From NCBI GenBank assembly GCA_951406725.2, contig OX597830.1, positions 76,446,001-76,510,000 of the forward strand: DNA of 64,000 nt. The letters run 5' to 3'. The position numbers and the translations under genes are program-made. Numbering within the stretch: position 1 is the stretch's first letter; each line of letters opens with the position of its first letter. Positions 28,920-44,411 of the stretch are shown one piece after another. The notes under the pieces were generated by a model. It did no database searches. It worked only from the letters and a program-made list of their open reading frames with translations, and was not told the DNA's origin. This DNA comes from Octopus vulgaris. Lineage: Eukaryota.

Positions 28920-29370
28920 GTGAGTATTAAGTCGCCATCTTCTAAATTGCTTATTTAGATGAGCTGTTAAGCTTTAATTCGAAAGGCGTGACCTGTGCTT
29001 ATCAATCAAGGGTTTATTTGTAAATCCTTTGTTGGCCAAAGTCTCCTCGTGAGCTTGATTAATTGTTTTTGATCAACAAATTCTTTCCAGGGATTTCCAT
29101 GATAGATTTCCATTCTTTGATTCTTATTTCTTATTCTTGACGGTATGTTTGTTTGTTTGTTTCTTTCTTTTTTTTCTTTTTTCTTCTTTTTTTTTAATTC
29201 TTCGTCTTAGTAATGTATACATTTCTGCAATTTTCTTGTCTTCTGTGTGTTTGAATGCCTCTGTGTGGTGTGTGTGTGTCTGTGTGTGTGCATGTGTCTG
29301 CATAGGTGAGTGGGTGGGTGTTTCTATTTGTGTGTGTTTTTGAGCGCGCGCGTGTGTGTGTGTGTGTGTG

Positions 29371-29409
<39 letters not shown>

Positions 29410-29525
29410 GCGTTCGTGACAGTTTTTCTCTTCTAGCTTTGATGTCTCTATTTCCTAATATCCTCTGATTTAAAAAAAAAAATTAAATATTTGCATCCGG
29501 TGTGGCTGAGTGTGTGTCTATACGG

Positions 29526-29565
<40 letters not shown>

Positions 29566-29707
29566 ATATTATATTATATATTATATATATATATATTATT
29601 AAATATACATGTGTATACATATATGTACGCAAAGCTCTACCTTGTAACTTGTCCCATCTGTGTGCAGCCCTGGGTGGCCAATAAAGAAACATATATACCC
29701 ATAAATA

Positions 29708-29768
<61 letters not shown>

Positions 29769-29970
29769 CATGTATGTATAAGTGTGCGCGTGTCTGTGTA
29801 TGAAATGCGTAAATATATTTTTATATACACGTATATCTGTGTTTACATATATGTGCGAGGTTGTGTGTTTTCGCATATATGCAGATATATCTGTATTCGT
29901 ATGATAGATCGCTAGCCACTACACACATTTTTTTTCTCTCCTTGTTTCTCTCTTTGTTTTTTCTGTGTAC

Positions 29971-30006
29971 TGTTCTGCAGAAGAGCGTAGACTCGAAACG
30001 TTAAAG
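29971..30006 (+). ncRNA. Variant minimal hammerhead-like motif (A6 substituted)
   Basis: TT-CTGCAGAA-GAG-CGTAGA-CTC-GAAA-CG-TT-AAAG. Confidence 0.5.
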
Positions 30007-30150
30007 ACTTTTTCTATTCCTGAGCGCTATACTAATACATCTGTTATTTTTGTACACCACCTGTCTTCATCTTTTGTTTTTTTCTCGTGAATACTACCTG
30101 CAATTTCTTTTTCCTCTGTCCTCCCGTCTCGGGATCTTTCTTTCTCCTAT

Positions 30151-30185
30151 GTTTCCGACGAAGAGCTCCGCTCGAAACGTCAAAC
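30151..30185 (+). ncRNA. Minimal type-I hammerhead ribozyme motif
   Basis: GTTT-CCGACGA-A-GAGC-TCC-GCTC-GAAA-CG-TC-AAAC: stem I GTTT/AAAC, stem II GAGC/GCTC, palindromic ACGT stem III, GUC cleavage triplet; U4 is C. Confidence 0.75.
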
Positions 30186-30725
30186 CCTCCTTCTTTCCTT
30201 CTTTCCTGAGCGTCCAATAATACTTTATTTGTTCCACATCCTTGCGTTGTTGTCTTTTTGTTTTCTTGTTTGGATTAACTTTATATATATATATATATAT
30301 GACTGTCCTTACTATTAGAGCATCGTTATATGTAGCAACAAAAATCAAGTAGATATATGCAAAATATATGCGAAGAAATGAAGTATATATGTTGCACGAC
30401 ATTTTTATCAACTTGTCTTTCTGTTTTGGAGGGTTCCTTCTCTTTTCCCCCTCAATGATCCCTGTACGAGTCATTTCGGAGTGTTCAGTGCGAAGAATTC
30501 ACAATGTGTTTCTAACCGGATCAATAGTAAAAATTGCTGATGAATATTATGGAGTCTCTGAAGATTTGGCAATGCCATCATGTATGATTTTCTGTATGTA
30601 ACTGACATTTACATATTGGTAACGATACTTATGTAAGATGACGTAACTAACAATTTTTGAGTAAAATTTCGCATTCTTCTACTTATAGCTCTCTATATAG
30701 ATGTTTAAACACACATACTCGCATA

Positions 30726-30757
<32 letters not shown>

Positions 30758-30818
30758 TCTCTCTCTTCTCTTCTCACGTAACCGTCGTTCAACTATAGAT
30801 GACCGTCGGTCATCTATA

Positions 30819-32045
30819 TCATTAAATGATTTTCCTTTTTGTGTGTTTTGCGGAGACATAGAGAAGTGGTAGTCAAATGGCGCCATGTCAATGGAGTATA
30901 GTAGAGGTCCAACACATGTTCGTGCAACTTTGTGCGGATAGCCAAAGACACGTGTGATCGGGCATTATCCTGGTGGAACACAACCCCGTGTTGGAGAGCG
31001 CTGATCATAAATTTGAGATCTTCTGATTCAAATTTGCTACCTGACGGCAGAACACCTCAGAATTGACGATCTGATTTTTGGGGAATAGCTCATAGTATAT
31101 AATACCTTTGAAATCCCACCAGACACAAAGCATGCCTATTATTTTAATTGATATTCTGTTTTGGAGGATTGTCATGCAAACTCCTGTGTCTTTATTTTTT
31201 TTTTCACTGTATTATCGTTAGCAATTCATTTTTCATCTTCAGTTACCAATGGTTTCAGGAAAGGCTTATTTTCATTGCGTTTTAGAAGCATATCTCAAAT
31301 GGAATACCGGTCAATCTGATTTGTTCTGACAATTTGTGAGGCACCCAAACATCATAGCGAGAAATATAACCAATGTTTATTAAGTGTTCTGGACAGTAAG
31401 TCGGAAATTTCGAACTTCTCTGCAAGTTCTCTAGCTGAAATATTCGAGTTTTCTTCAATGGATACTTTCAAAATATCGTCATCTAAGGCTGAAGGTCTTC
31501 CACAACCACTGGCATCTTCCAGACTGAACACATTATGCCTAAATTTTGCAAAGCTTCTTCGAACAGTCAATTCACATACAGTGTCTTCACCATAAACTAC
31601 TCTTTTACTCTTTTACTTGTTTCAGTCATTTGACTGCGGCAATGCTGGAGCACCGCCTTTAGTCGAGCAACTCGACCCCGGGTTTATTCTTTTGTAAGCC
31701 CAGTACTTATTCTATCGGTCTCTTTTGCCGAACCGCTAAGTAACGGGACATAAACACACCAGCATCGGTTGTCAAGCAATGCTAGGGGGACAAGCACACA
31801 CACACAAACACGCACACATATACATATATATATACATATATACGACGGGCTTCTTTCAGTTTCCGTCTGCCAAATCCACTCACAAGGCTTTGGTTGGCCC
31901 GAGGCTATAGTAGAAGACACTTGCCCAAGGTGCCACGCAGTGGGACTGAACCCGGAACCATATGGTTGGTAAACAAGCTACTTACCACACAGCCCCTCCT
32001 GCGCCTACACAAATGATTTTACACATTTCTGCAGCATTTCCATCT
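30819..32045 (-). mobile_element. Mariner (DD34D-type) transposase relic interrupted by a SINE
   Basis: NAAEMCKIICV|VYGEDTV..SGCGRPSALDDDILK..LVTEDEK..MLCVWWDFKGIIYYEL..GVVFHQDNARSH..DMAPFDYHF; frameshifted. Confidence 0.88.
31598..32005 (-). mobile_element. Full-length family A tRNA-derived SINE
   Basis: Starts GGCGCAGGAGGGGCTGTGTGGTAAG (A box), GGTTCAGTCCC (B box), CORE-like CCTTGGGCAAGTGTCTT, internal TA/TG microsatellite, tail GGCGGTGCTCCAGCATTGCCGCAGTCAAATGACTGAAAC-(AGTAAAAG)n. Confidence 0.93.
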
Positions 32046-32071
32046 TAGTTGGCGAATATGATAGACAATCC

Positions 32072-32268
32072 AAGGCGGCAAGGTGGAGGAAATGTTTAGT
32101 GGCATTTTGCTCGTCGCTACGCACAGAGTTCAAATTCCGCCGAGGTCGAATTTTCCTTTCATCCTTTCGGGGACGATAAATTATATACCAGTTGAGTACT
32201 GGGGTCGATATAATCGACTTAGCCCTACCCACAAACTTCAGGACTTGTGCCTATAGTAAAAAGGATTA
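32072..32268 (+). mobile_element. Family B SINE (short tail)
   Basis: GAGTTCAAATTCCGCCGAGGTCGA..TTTCATCCTTTCGGGG..CTTGTGCCTATAGTAAAAAGGATTA. Confidence 0.85.
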
Positions 32269-32916
32269 TATGAGACACAATCACTCAATAATGAGTGCAT
32301 TACATTTCATAGCAGAAACAGCTTTAAGCCAATGAAGTTCAGTGCATAATTTCTTAATCCCATTTCAGTTATTTATTCTTTTATGTATATTTTTATCTTT
32401 TGCTTGTTTCAGTCTTCAGACTGCGGCCATGTCCACAGATAGCTCTGTCATCCAAACACTCTGAAATGTTCATATTGAAGCTTCCGGTGCGAATGCCAAG
32501 TAGTACAGGATGTTGTCTCCAAATTTCTGGCAGAGTGAATTGCGTCATGGTGCTGTTTTCTTGCAGACGGTGCCCAAATCAATCTACTATATTGTGTAGT
32601 CGACAAAATAAAAAGACAAGCAATGCACATGCGCGAAATTAGAAATATAAAATTACGACAATATGTAAGAAGTGAGAAAGAGAGAGAGATTAGGTGAGGA
32701 ATATGTTCTTGTTGGTAACTAGTAACACAATACTACCGGTTTCATTGTCGGGTGGTCGGGGACTAAACCGGCTCCCTCACCTGGCTTGCTAGATGAGGAG
32801 GGTATTGTGGACAATCTGCGGGACCTAAAAGCAAGACCAGTCAAAGGACAGACGGGCCTACTGTGAGCCAACTGCCATCGATGCGAGTGGTATATATATA
32901 TGTATATATGTATATA

Positions 32917-32994
<78 letters not shown>

Positions 32995-33161
32995 CATACA
33001 CATATACATACACACACACACACACACCCACTAGAATGGGAGAAAGCGCTAATATATATATACATGTATATATATGTATATTCATATACATATGCATATA
33101 TATATATGTACATATACATATACTTATACATACACATATATATATATATATGTGTGTGTAC

Positions 33162-33194
<33 letters not shown>

Positions 33195-33199
33195 AGTGA

Positions 33200-33237
<38 letters not shown>

Positions 33238-34200
33238 AATATATATATATATATATTGATTCACCACAAGCGATAAATTACATAACTCAAAACAGAAGTA
33301 GAGAATATTCTTTATAACTGAAAAGCTCTTAATTCTAACACAGTTACTCGCTTCCTATCATTCAGCTTGTAACTCAAAACTGCTTTTCTCTTTGTAAAAC
33401 ACTTGCTGTAAGACTGTTAAACTAGTAAGATATGGCTGCTATTTCGAACAAATCCAACTGCAAGCAAAATGGATTCTGCCCCTCCATCCCTAAAAAACAA
33501 AAAAACAAATTAAAACAAAAGAAAGCAACAACGAAAAATCCCCTAAATGTATCTATAATGATCAAAGGGAGAGATTTGTTTTTGTGTGTTTACAACGTAA
33601 GACGCGTAAGAGACATCTGGAATTACAGAAGATGCTTTGATCTTTTTCAAAGTTTCATACTTTAAGAGTATTAGAGAGTATCTATTCATTGTTCGTTGAA
33701 TTATTTACATTCTTTCTGGCTAATGTTATACAAGAACAATGAACAGACAACTCTTATTTACAGGCTGGAATTTCATTTCCTCGATTTCACACTAGTTATT
33801 TTTTTATTCAGATTTTTCTCATTTTTTTTTTTTTTATGTTTTAGGTTAAAAATAATTTCTACAGTTTCGTATATTGTATTTTCTTGCGTTGTTAATATTG
33901 TTTTGTTTTGTATATATATTTTTTTGTTTTGTTTTGTATATAGTTTTTTTGTTTTGTTTTGGATACATATTGTATCCTTATTTCTGTATATTTTTAGTAT
34001 ATATTTTGATGTTCGATTTTTGGTTTATATTTCTATTTTCATTACTTTTTCATGAATTTGTTTTTATTTTTTTCCACATTGTTATTTACTTAATGAATGA
34101 TGATGGAGAGATATGCCAGGTGGTAAGGCTGTTCTTTTTATAGCTCATGCTAGTTATGACATACCTACACATGCAGTCACACTATACGCATACAAATGAT

Positions 34201-34278
<78 letters not shown>

Positions 34279-34354
34279 AATATACACACATACACATATA
34301 CAAATGCAGATTTCCGTGGAGGTTGTGGATGGTCATAGTAGAGGTGTGGGCAGT

Positions 34355-34445
34355 GGTTACAAAGAATAAGTCCTGGAGTCGATTTGCTCGACTAAAAGGT
34401 GGTGCTCCAGCATAGCCGCAGTCAAATGACTGAAACAAGTAAAAG
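34355..34445 (+). mobile_element. Family A SINE 3' tail
   Basis: TTACAAAGAATAAGTCC..GGTGCTCCAGCATAGCCGCAGTCAAATGACTGAAACAAGTAAAAG; weaker tails at about 24890-25010 (+) and 48600-48670 (-). Confidence 0.85.
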
Positions 34446-34537
34446 TGTAATAGTGTATTTCTATTCATAGATGTTTGATAAGTATTAAGAGAAAGTGTGA
34501 GATAAGCTCGTAAGCAAATAGTTCTATGTCCAAATAC

Positions 34538-34870
34538 GGACTTCGCCTTTTATCCCTTTCGGGGGTCGATAAAATAAGTACCACTCAAGGACTGGAATCG
34601 ATGCAATGACTAACCCCCTCTCCCCCTAAAACTCCAGGCCCTGTGCCTATAATTATCATCATACAAGGTGGCGAGCTGGCAAAATCGTCTGGTTAGCGGC
34701 GTTTTGTCCATCTTTACGTTCTGAGTTCAAATTATGCCGACGTCAGTTTTGCTTTTCATTCATTCGGGGTCGATAAATTAAGTACCAGTCAAGAGCTGGG
34801 GTCGATCTAACCGACTCATCTCCTTCCCCAAATTTTCAAGCATCGTGCCTATAGTAGAAAGTATTATTAT
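34538..34870 (+). mobile_element. Two tandem family B SINEs
   Basis: GGGGTCGATAAAATAAGTACC..GTGCCTATA twice; second copy has head GGTGGCGAGCTGGC. Confidence 0.85.
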
Positions 34871-35013
34871 TGCTATCATCCCTTAGTTGCTTTGCTATTT
34901 CCTTTTCTGGTATTTCTTCATATTCATTTCCCCTTTATTTATTTATTTATTTATTTATGCATTTTGCTGTTGTCTGTGGAATCCCTCAGAAAGATTACAA
35001 GAGAAACAGAAAT

Positions 35014-35062
<49 letters not shown>

Positions 35063-35753
35063 GTTTTTATTATGACAATTATGTTAGACAACTCTATAAA
35101 GCGAAATCAATGAAGAATAAAATTTCCTGAAATCAAACCACAAATTGAGAACGATTGGGAAAATAAAGAGACATTTACGAGGAATCGCAAACGTCAGAAT
35201 AAAAATATAAAGATTTGTGTTTGTATAATTAAAAGATAAAAAATTGCTTGTGCAATAAAAGGCATAGGAGTAAGAAATATTTTTATAGTGTTCGACTTAG
35301 ACCAACCTAGCTTGAAATGATCCCGTAACTACGCCGTTGATGGTTTGTCTTATACTTGCTTCGATTCACCTGGTTAAATAAATAACACCGAATAAATATG
35401 AGTTTTAAATATGGTGGTAGTTGTAGCGAAAGTCGTGCTAGAGTTAGTGTTGTCTCTGCTGTTGATGGATGGATGGATGGATGAATGGAGGGTGGGATGG
35501 AGGGATAGATGGTTAGATGGATGGTATTGGTAGAAGAGAAATTGTATGCTTATTGATGGTGATGATGGTGGTGATGGTGGTGATGGGATATTGGTGGTGT
35601 TGGTGTTAGTGGTTGTTGAGGCAATTCTCTCCCTTGTTGTTACATTTCGTTTGGTTTGATGACCGAGATTACAGAACAAAACGCGAGATCTTAATGTGTT
35701 TTTATTCCCCATTGGCCGGAAAGTGAGAAAGATAGGGAAAGAGATAGAGAGGG

Positions 35754-35792
<39 letters not shown>

Positions 35793-35997
35793 ATAGCGCG
35801 GAGGAAAAGGAAAGAACATATGAGAAAGAGAAAGAAAGGAAGAGAGAGTGAGACTGATTGAAAAAGGAAAGATTGAAGCAGTGTGATAGAGCGAAGGATA
35901 AAAGATAAAGATACGGAGAGTGAGAGAATGAGAGTCAGAGAGACTGATAGAGAGGGGAGGAGAGAAAAACAGTTTAAGACAGAGGGAGAAAGGTCCA

Positions 35998-36049
<52 letters not shown>

Positions 36050-36237
36050 TAAAGACAGAAAGAGAGAGAGAGAGAGAAAGAGAGAGACAAACAGAGATAC
36101 TGAGAGATAGAATTTTATAGTTAAATAGAGAAGATATATTGTGAGAGGGAGGAGGTAAAGAGAAAAAGAAAGACAGACTAAAACGTAATATTTGAGAAAG
36201 AAGGAGAGAGAGAGAAAGAGAGAAAGAGAAATTGCAT

Positions 36238-36400
<163 letters not shown>

Positions 36401-36957
36401 ATAGACCACGAGAGCTATAATTCCAGTGGTTACTCACAGACAAAGACAAAGATCTGAAGAGAAGAGCAGCAAATGTTATTGGTGCCATGCCAGTTTCTAT
36501 TGATCAACATTTCATCAATTTAAATACCGTATCCAGTGACATTAATGATCTCGGTTCAATCCCCCGTGTGATCCCTGAATTATCTGTGGTTATTGTCCGT
36601 TAGTGTCCGGATTACAAAATGCGTCTCTGGACAGACATCACTTTTATTTCTCTATACACACTTCAATTGTATTTCTGTAATATCATGGAAATATGGAATA
36701 AAGGCAAATGTAGAAACACACACACTCACACACATACACACACACACACTCATTTATTCACTCACACACACACAACACACAAACTCACGCGCACACACAC
36801 ACACACACACACACAACACACGCACACACAAAGACACACCCGCACGCAGAAAGACACACATACACACACACACACGCACGCACAAACATACTTATATATA
36901 CATATATTCGCATGCACATATATGTGTATACATACGTACAGTATTATACTCGCACGC

Positions 36958-37001
<44 letters not shown>

Positions 37002-37009
37002 CACATATG

Positions 37010-37061
<52 letters not shown>

Positions 37062-37268
37062 GTGTGGGTCTCTTTGTGTGTACACGCACACACATATATA
37101 CATATATACTCACATACGAGTAGTTATTTACATATATATGTGAGTGTATATATGTATGTATATATGTATATATATATGTATATGTTTGTAGATATATGTA
37201 TGTATATGCATGTACGTATGTATATATATATATGTATGTATGTACGTATGTATATATATATATATACA

Positions 37269-37332
<64 letters not shown>

Positions 37333-38027
37333 TAAATAGAGAGGGGGGAATAGTGGGGAACAGATACACCTGCGCACATCTGTTTAGGTAGTTAGATAAA
37401 CACATTCAAACGAGCACACACATATATTCACTCATATAAATGCACATATGTGTGTTTGTATGTATGCATGTCTGCATGTTTGTATGTATGTACACAGAAC
37501 ACACAAACACACACTCACAAACACATACGCACATACATATAAGCACACACGCATGCACACGGGAAACGAGAAACTCAAGTCAGATCGCGTCTTTGATTCA
37601 AATAATCTGACGGACATTTGTTTGTGGTGGGAGGAGAAAAATATTTTGATTTGGGGACAGAAATTTGTTGTCAAATCTGCTATTATTGTTTTACGTATGA
37701 CATTAACTGTTGTAATTTTTACCTCGATACACATCATCACAAATTACCTCAGATTCTAGAATTTTTGTTTTTGGAGTAAAAAAAAAATCTATGACATTCC
37801 AGTTAATGCAGTGTTCATTGGAGGGTATGGGACTTTTTGGCAGTGCTGTTTGGCCGCTGGTTTTTTGGCGTCGCTGATTCGACGCTGACATCTTTGACGT
37901 CAGACGTATTAATGTTCGTCTCACTCACTCTTTCTCTTTCTCCTCCTCTCTCGCCTATCATTCTTCTTCGCTCCCCCATTCCCCTTCTCTTTCCCCTATC
38001 CTCTTAATATATATATATATATATTAC

Positions 38028-38180
38028 AGGATTCCGTACAGTTTCTTTCAAATTATCTCACAAGTCACTGGTCGGCTCGCGGCTATAGTAAAAGAGAATT
38101 GTGCAAAGACTGCAGTGGTTCTGAACCCGAAACCACATGGTTGCAAATCAAGCATCTTAACCACATAGCCATGCCTGTAC
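38028..38180 (-). mobile_element. Degenerate family A SINE 5' half
   Basis: CACAAGTCACTGGTCGGCTCGCGGCTATAGTA..CTGAACCCGAAACCACATGGTTG. Confidence 0.7.
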
Positions 38181-38761
38181 CCATGCAGAAAAATTAAACC
38201 GTGACAAGCAGTTTGTTAAGTAACAATATCTTTTTATGAAGCAAGCATTAAAACGCTAATTAAAAATGCATGCATGCGCGAGTGTATGTATGTATGTATG
38301 TATGTATGTATGTATGTATGTATGTATGTATGTGTGTGTGTATGTATGTATGTATGTATGTATGTATGTATGTATGTATGTATGTGTGCGCATGCATTTG
38401 CGTTTGTACCCCGCTCCACCACCTGGAAACGGGTGTTTGTTTGTTTATGTTCCGTCCGCAATAGTTGTTCGGAATTAAAGTAGAATTTAAAAAAAAAATT
38501 TTTCGCTATTCCAAAAAAGGATTTAATCACATAAAACATTACATTTTTAAGTATTTACCACATTTTTAGCATTCCACGGGGAACTTAAAAAGAATTTGTC
38601 GGTATTTTCAATCACATTTTTCTAAATGCAATTATTCTATCGGGATCAGAATATTATTGTTCATGCTGTTTGGTTCCTAGTTGGTACCGATCTCACAGAC
38701 TTTAATTGAAATTGTTATAAACTTGATTATTCTGTTAGGATTGTTATATTAGGCACTACAT

Positions 38762-38967
38762 TAAGGCGGTGAACTGGCTGAATCGTTAACACGTCGGGAA
38801 TAATGCTTAGCAGCAATTTGTCCATCTTTACGTTCTGAGTTCAAATTCTACTGAGGTCGGCTTTGCTTTTCATTTTTTCGGGGTCGATAAAATAAGTATC
38901 AGCTAAAGACTGAGGCTGATCTTAAGTATTTTGCCCGGCGTTCTAATGATTCTGCTAGCTCACCACC

Positions 38968-39031
<64 letters not shown>

Positions 39032-39239
39032 TAAAGGCATAAAACCCGGATTTTTGTGGGGAGAGGGACAATCGATCACATCGGCCCCAGTACTTGACAG
39101 GTACTTAATTTATCGACCCCGAAAAGATGAAAAGCAAAGTCGACCTCAGTGGTATTGGGAACTCAAAACATAGCGACAGACGAAATACCCCTAAACATTT
39201 TGCCCGGCGAGCTAAGCATTCTGTCAGCTCACCGCCTTA
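38762..39239. mobile_element. Inverted pair of family B SINEs (+ 38762-38920; - 39033-39239; extra minus head 38928-38970)
   Basis: AAGGCGGTGAACTGGCTGAATCG on +, CTCACCGCCTTAA at the right end. Confidence 0.85.
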
Positions 39240-41575
<2,336 letters not shown>

Positions 41576-41594
41576 ATAATGATAATAATAATAA

Positions 41595-41807
41595 TCCTTC
41601 CTATTATGGGCACAGGGCCTGAAATTTTGGGGAGGGGCATAAACGATTACATCGTCCCCGGTGTTCAAATGGTACTTATTATATCGATCCCGAAAGGATG
41701 ACAGGCAAAGACGACCTCGGCGGAATTTGAACTCAGAACGTAGTGTACGGCGAAATACCGCTAAGCTTCCGTCCAGCGCAGTAACGATTCTGCCAGCTCA
41801 CCACCTT
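41595..41807 (-). mobile_element. Family B SINE (short tail)
   Basis: GACCTCGGCGGAATTTGAACTCAGAACG..CGATTCTGCCAGCTCACCACC. Confidence 0.88.
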
Positions 41808-41808
41808 G

Positions 41809-41910
<102 letters not shown>

Positions 41911-41927
41911 AATGATAATAATAATAA

Positions 41928-41992
<65 letters not shown>

Positions 41993-42019
41993 TTAATAAT
42001 AGTAATATTAATAATAATA

Positions 42020-42060
<41 letters not shown>

Positions 42061-42064
42061 AATA

Positions 42065-42143
<79 letters not shown>

Positions 42144-42175
42144 TAATAATAATAATAATGACGATGACGATGATG

Positions 42176-42255
<80 letters not shown>

Positions 42256-43073
42256 AAGAAGAAGAAGAAGAAAAAAAGAAGATTAATAATTATAATCCTT
42301 TCTACTCTATGACGACAAACAATAAGTTTAAAATGAGAAAACATGAAAATGTGAACTTACATATATGTATGTGTGTGTTGTGTGTGTGTGTGTGTGTACA
42401 TATGTTCGTGTGTGTGCTTGAGTGTGTGCGTTTGGGTGTGTGTGTGTATGTGTGTCTAAGTGTACACTCGTCAGTAATTGACAAAAAACGTTATCAAAAT
42501 GTAAAAAACATGGAAAACCAGAAAGAGAGAGAGAGGGGGGATAGAGAGAGAGAGAGAAAAAAAAAAAAAAAAAGAAAAGCGATGGTGGTGTGGAATATTC
42601 AAGGAATTGTCTGTTTAAAGATTGTGAGCAGCTAAAGTTGAGGTGTGTATATGTAATGTAATAAGATTAGGGGGAGGAGGTGCGCATGAAGTATTGGTCA
42701 TTAATGAACTTTGTCCAAACAGCGCATCTCTTACATTCATCTTGTAAAAACCCTGAACATTGGCAAATTACTAGACACTGTTACAGCCTATCATGCGCAA
42801 AATTCAGAAGACGTGGTGGCATCAACGGTGTCTTTCGTCGATGGTGTTGGCGGTGCGGGTGTTATTGGTTGTAGTTGTGATGGCGATGTTGGTGTTGGGG
42901 CTTTGTAAAGTCGCGCAGTTCTTACTGTTGGTGTTGGCGGTGATGATATTGTTGTCGTTATTATTGCGATGCTGTTCTTTGGCGTTTTTTTTTTGTGTGT
43001 GGCGGTGAGTAGCGATGTAGGTGTCGTTAGAGACGATGGAAGCTGTGCTGGTGTTGTTCTAGTCGTTGGTAAT

Positions 43074-43856
43074 GGAGGCGAGCTGGTAGAATCGTTAGCA
43101 CGCCAAGCGAAATGCATAGCCGTAATTTCGTCTGCCGTTACGTTCTGAGTTCAAATTCCGCCGAGGTCGACTTTGCCTTTCATCCTTTCGGGGTCGATAA
43201 ATTAAGTACCAGTTACGCACTGGGCTCGATATAATCGACTTAATCTGTCTGTCTGTCTGTATTTGTTTGTCCCCTCTGTGTTTAGTCTCTTGTGGGCAAT
43301 AAAGAAATAAGAATCGTTAGCACGCCAGGCGAAATGCGTAGCCGTAATTTCATCTGCCGTTACGTTCTGAGTTCAAATTCCGCTGAGGTCGACTTTGCCT
43401 TTCATCCTTTCGGGGTCGATTAAATAAGTACCAGTTACGCACTGGGGTCGATATAAGCGACTTAATCCGTCTGTCTGTCCTTGTTTGTCCCCTCTGTGTT
43501 TAGCCCCTTGTGGGTAGTAAAGAAATAGGTAATTCGTCTGTCGCTACGTTCTGAGTTCAAATTCCACCGAGGTCGACTTTACCTTTCATCCTTTCGGGTC
43601 GATAAATTAGTTACCAGTTGCATACTGGGGCCGACCTTATCGACTGGCCCCTCCCCCAAAATTTCGGACCTTGTGCTTAGAGTAGAAAAGAATTGTTAGC
43701 ACGCCAGGCGTAATGCTTAGCGGTAATTCGTCTGTCGCTACGTTCTGAGTTCAAATTCCACCGAGGTCGACTTTACCTTTCATCCTTTCGGGGTCGAAAA
43801 ATTAAGTACCAGTGAAACACTAGGGTCGATCTAATCGGCTGTTCCCCTCCCCAAGA
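43074..43856 (+). mobile_element. Head-to-tail array of four family B SINE units
   Basis: GTTCTGAGTTCAAATTCC..GAGGTCGACTTT..TTCATCCTTTCGGG(G)TCGA occurs four times (about 43142, 43364, 43548, 43742). Confidence 0.93.
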
Positions 43857-43859
43857 AAG

Positions 43860-44380
43860 GTTCTTGCCGTTGGTGTCGTGCTGTCGTTGTTGGTATTGAT
43901 CATGAAGGCGGCGGTGTTGTAGATGACGGTTTGAAGCTGTTGTTTTCGATGATGATGGTCATGGTGTCGTTGATGTCCTTCTTAGTTCTTGTGTTGATGA
44001 TGATGATGATGATGATGTGTATCGTACTGTCGATGTTGGTGATGATGGTGACGATGACAGAAGTGTCGGTGGTGGAGTTGTGCTGTTGATGTTGATGGTG
44101 ATGGATGGTGATGGTAATGTTGTTGGCGTTGTTGTTGCTGTTGTTGTTGTTGGTGGTGGTGTTGGTGGTGGTAGTGGTGGTGGTCATAGTAGTGGTGGTG
44201 ATGGTGGTGGTGGTGATTGTGGTGGTGGAGGTGGTGATTGTGGTGGTGATGGTGGTGTGTTTCTGATGTTGTGGTTGGTGGTTTTGCTTTTGTTGGTTTT
44301 GTTTCTTTGCTCCTTTCTTTCTTTTTTACTTTGTTTTTCCTTTCCGTCATTTTTTCTTACCATCAGCACTACCAGTGCCG

Positions 44381-44411
<31 letters not shown>

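Larger units (their letters stand above)
29899..30282 (+). mobile_element. Two diverged head-to-tail modules of about 190 bp, each with a minimal hammerhead motif (Penelope terminal-repeat / retrozyme-like)
   Basis: Both units read pyrimidine tract-HHR-TTCCTGAGCG-AATAC-T-rich tail; the array ends in (TA)n; unit 1 recurs at 47321-47505 and 51071-51140. Confidence 0.75.

Noticed and set aside
37825-37915. Loose repeats of about 15 bp (TTTTGGC..) as transposon subterminal repeats
   Set aside because: Too degenerate and no partner end found
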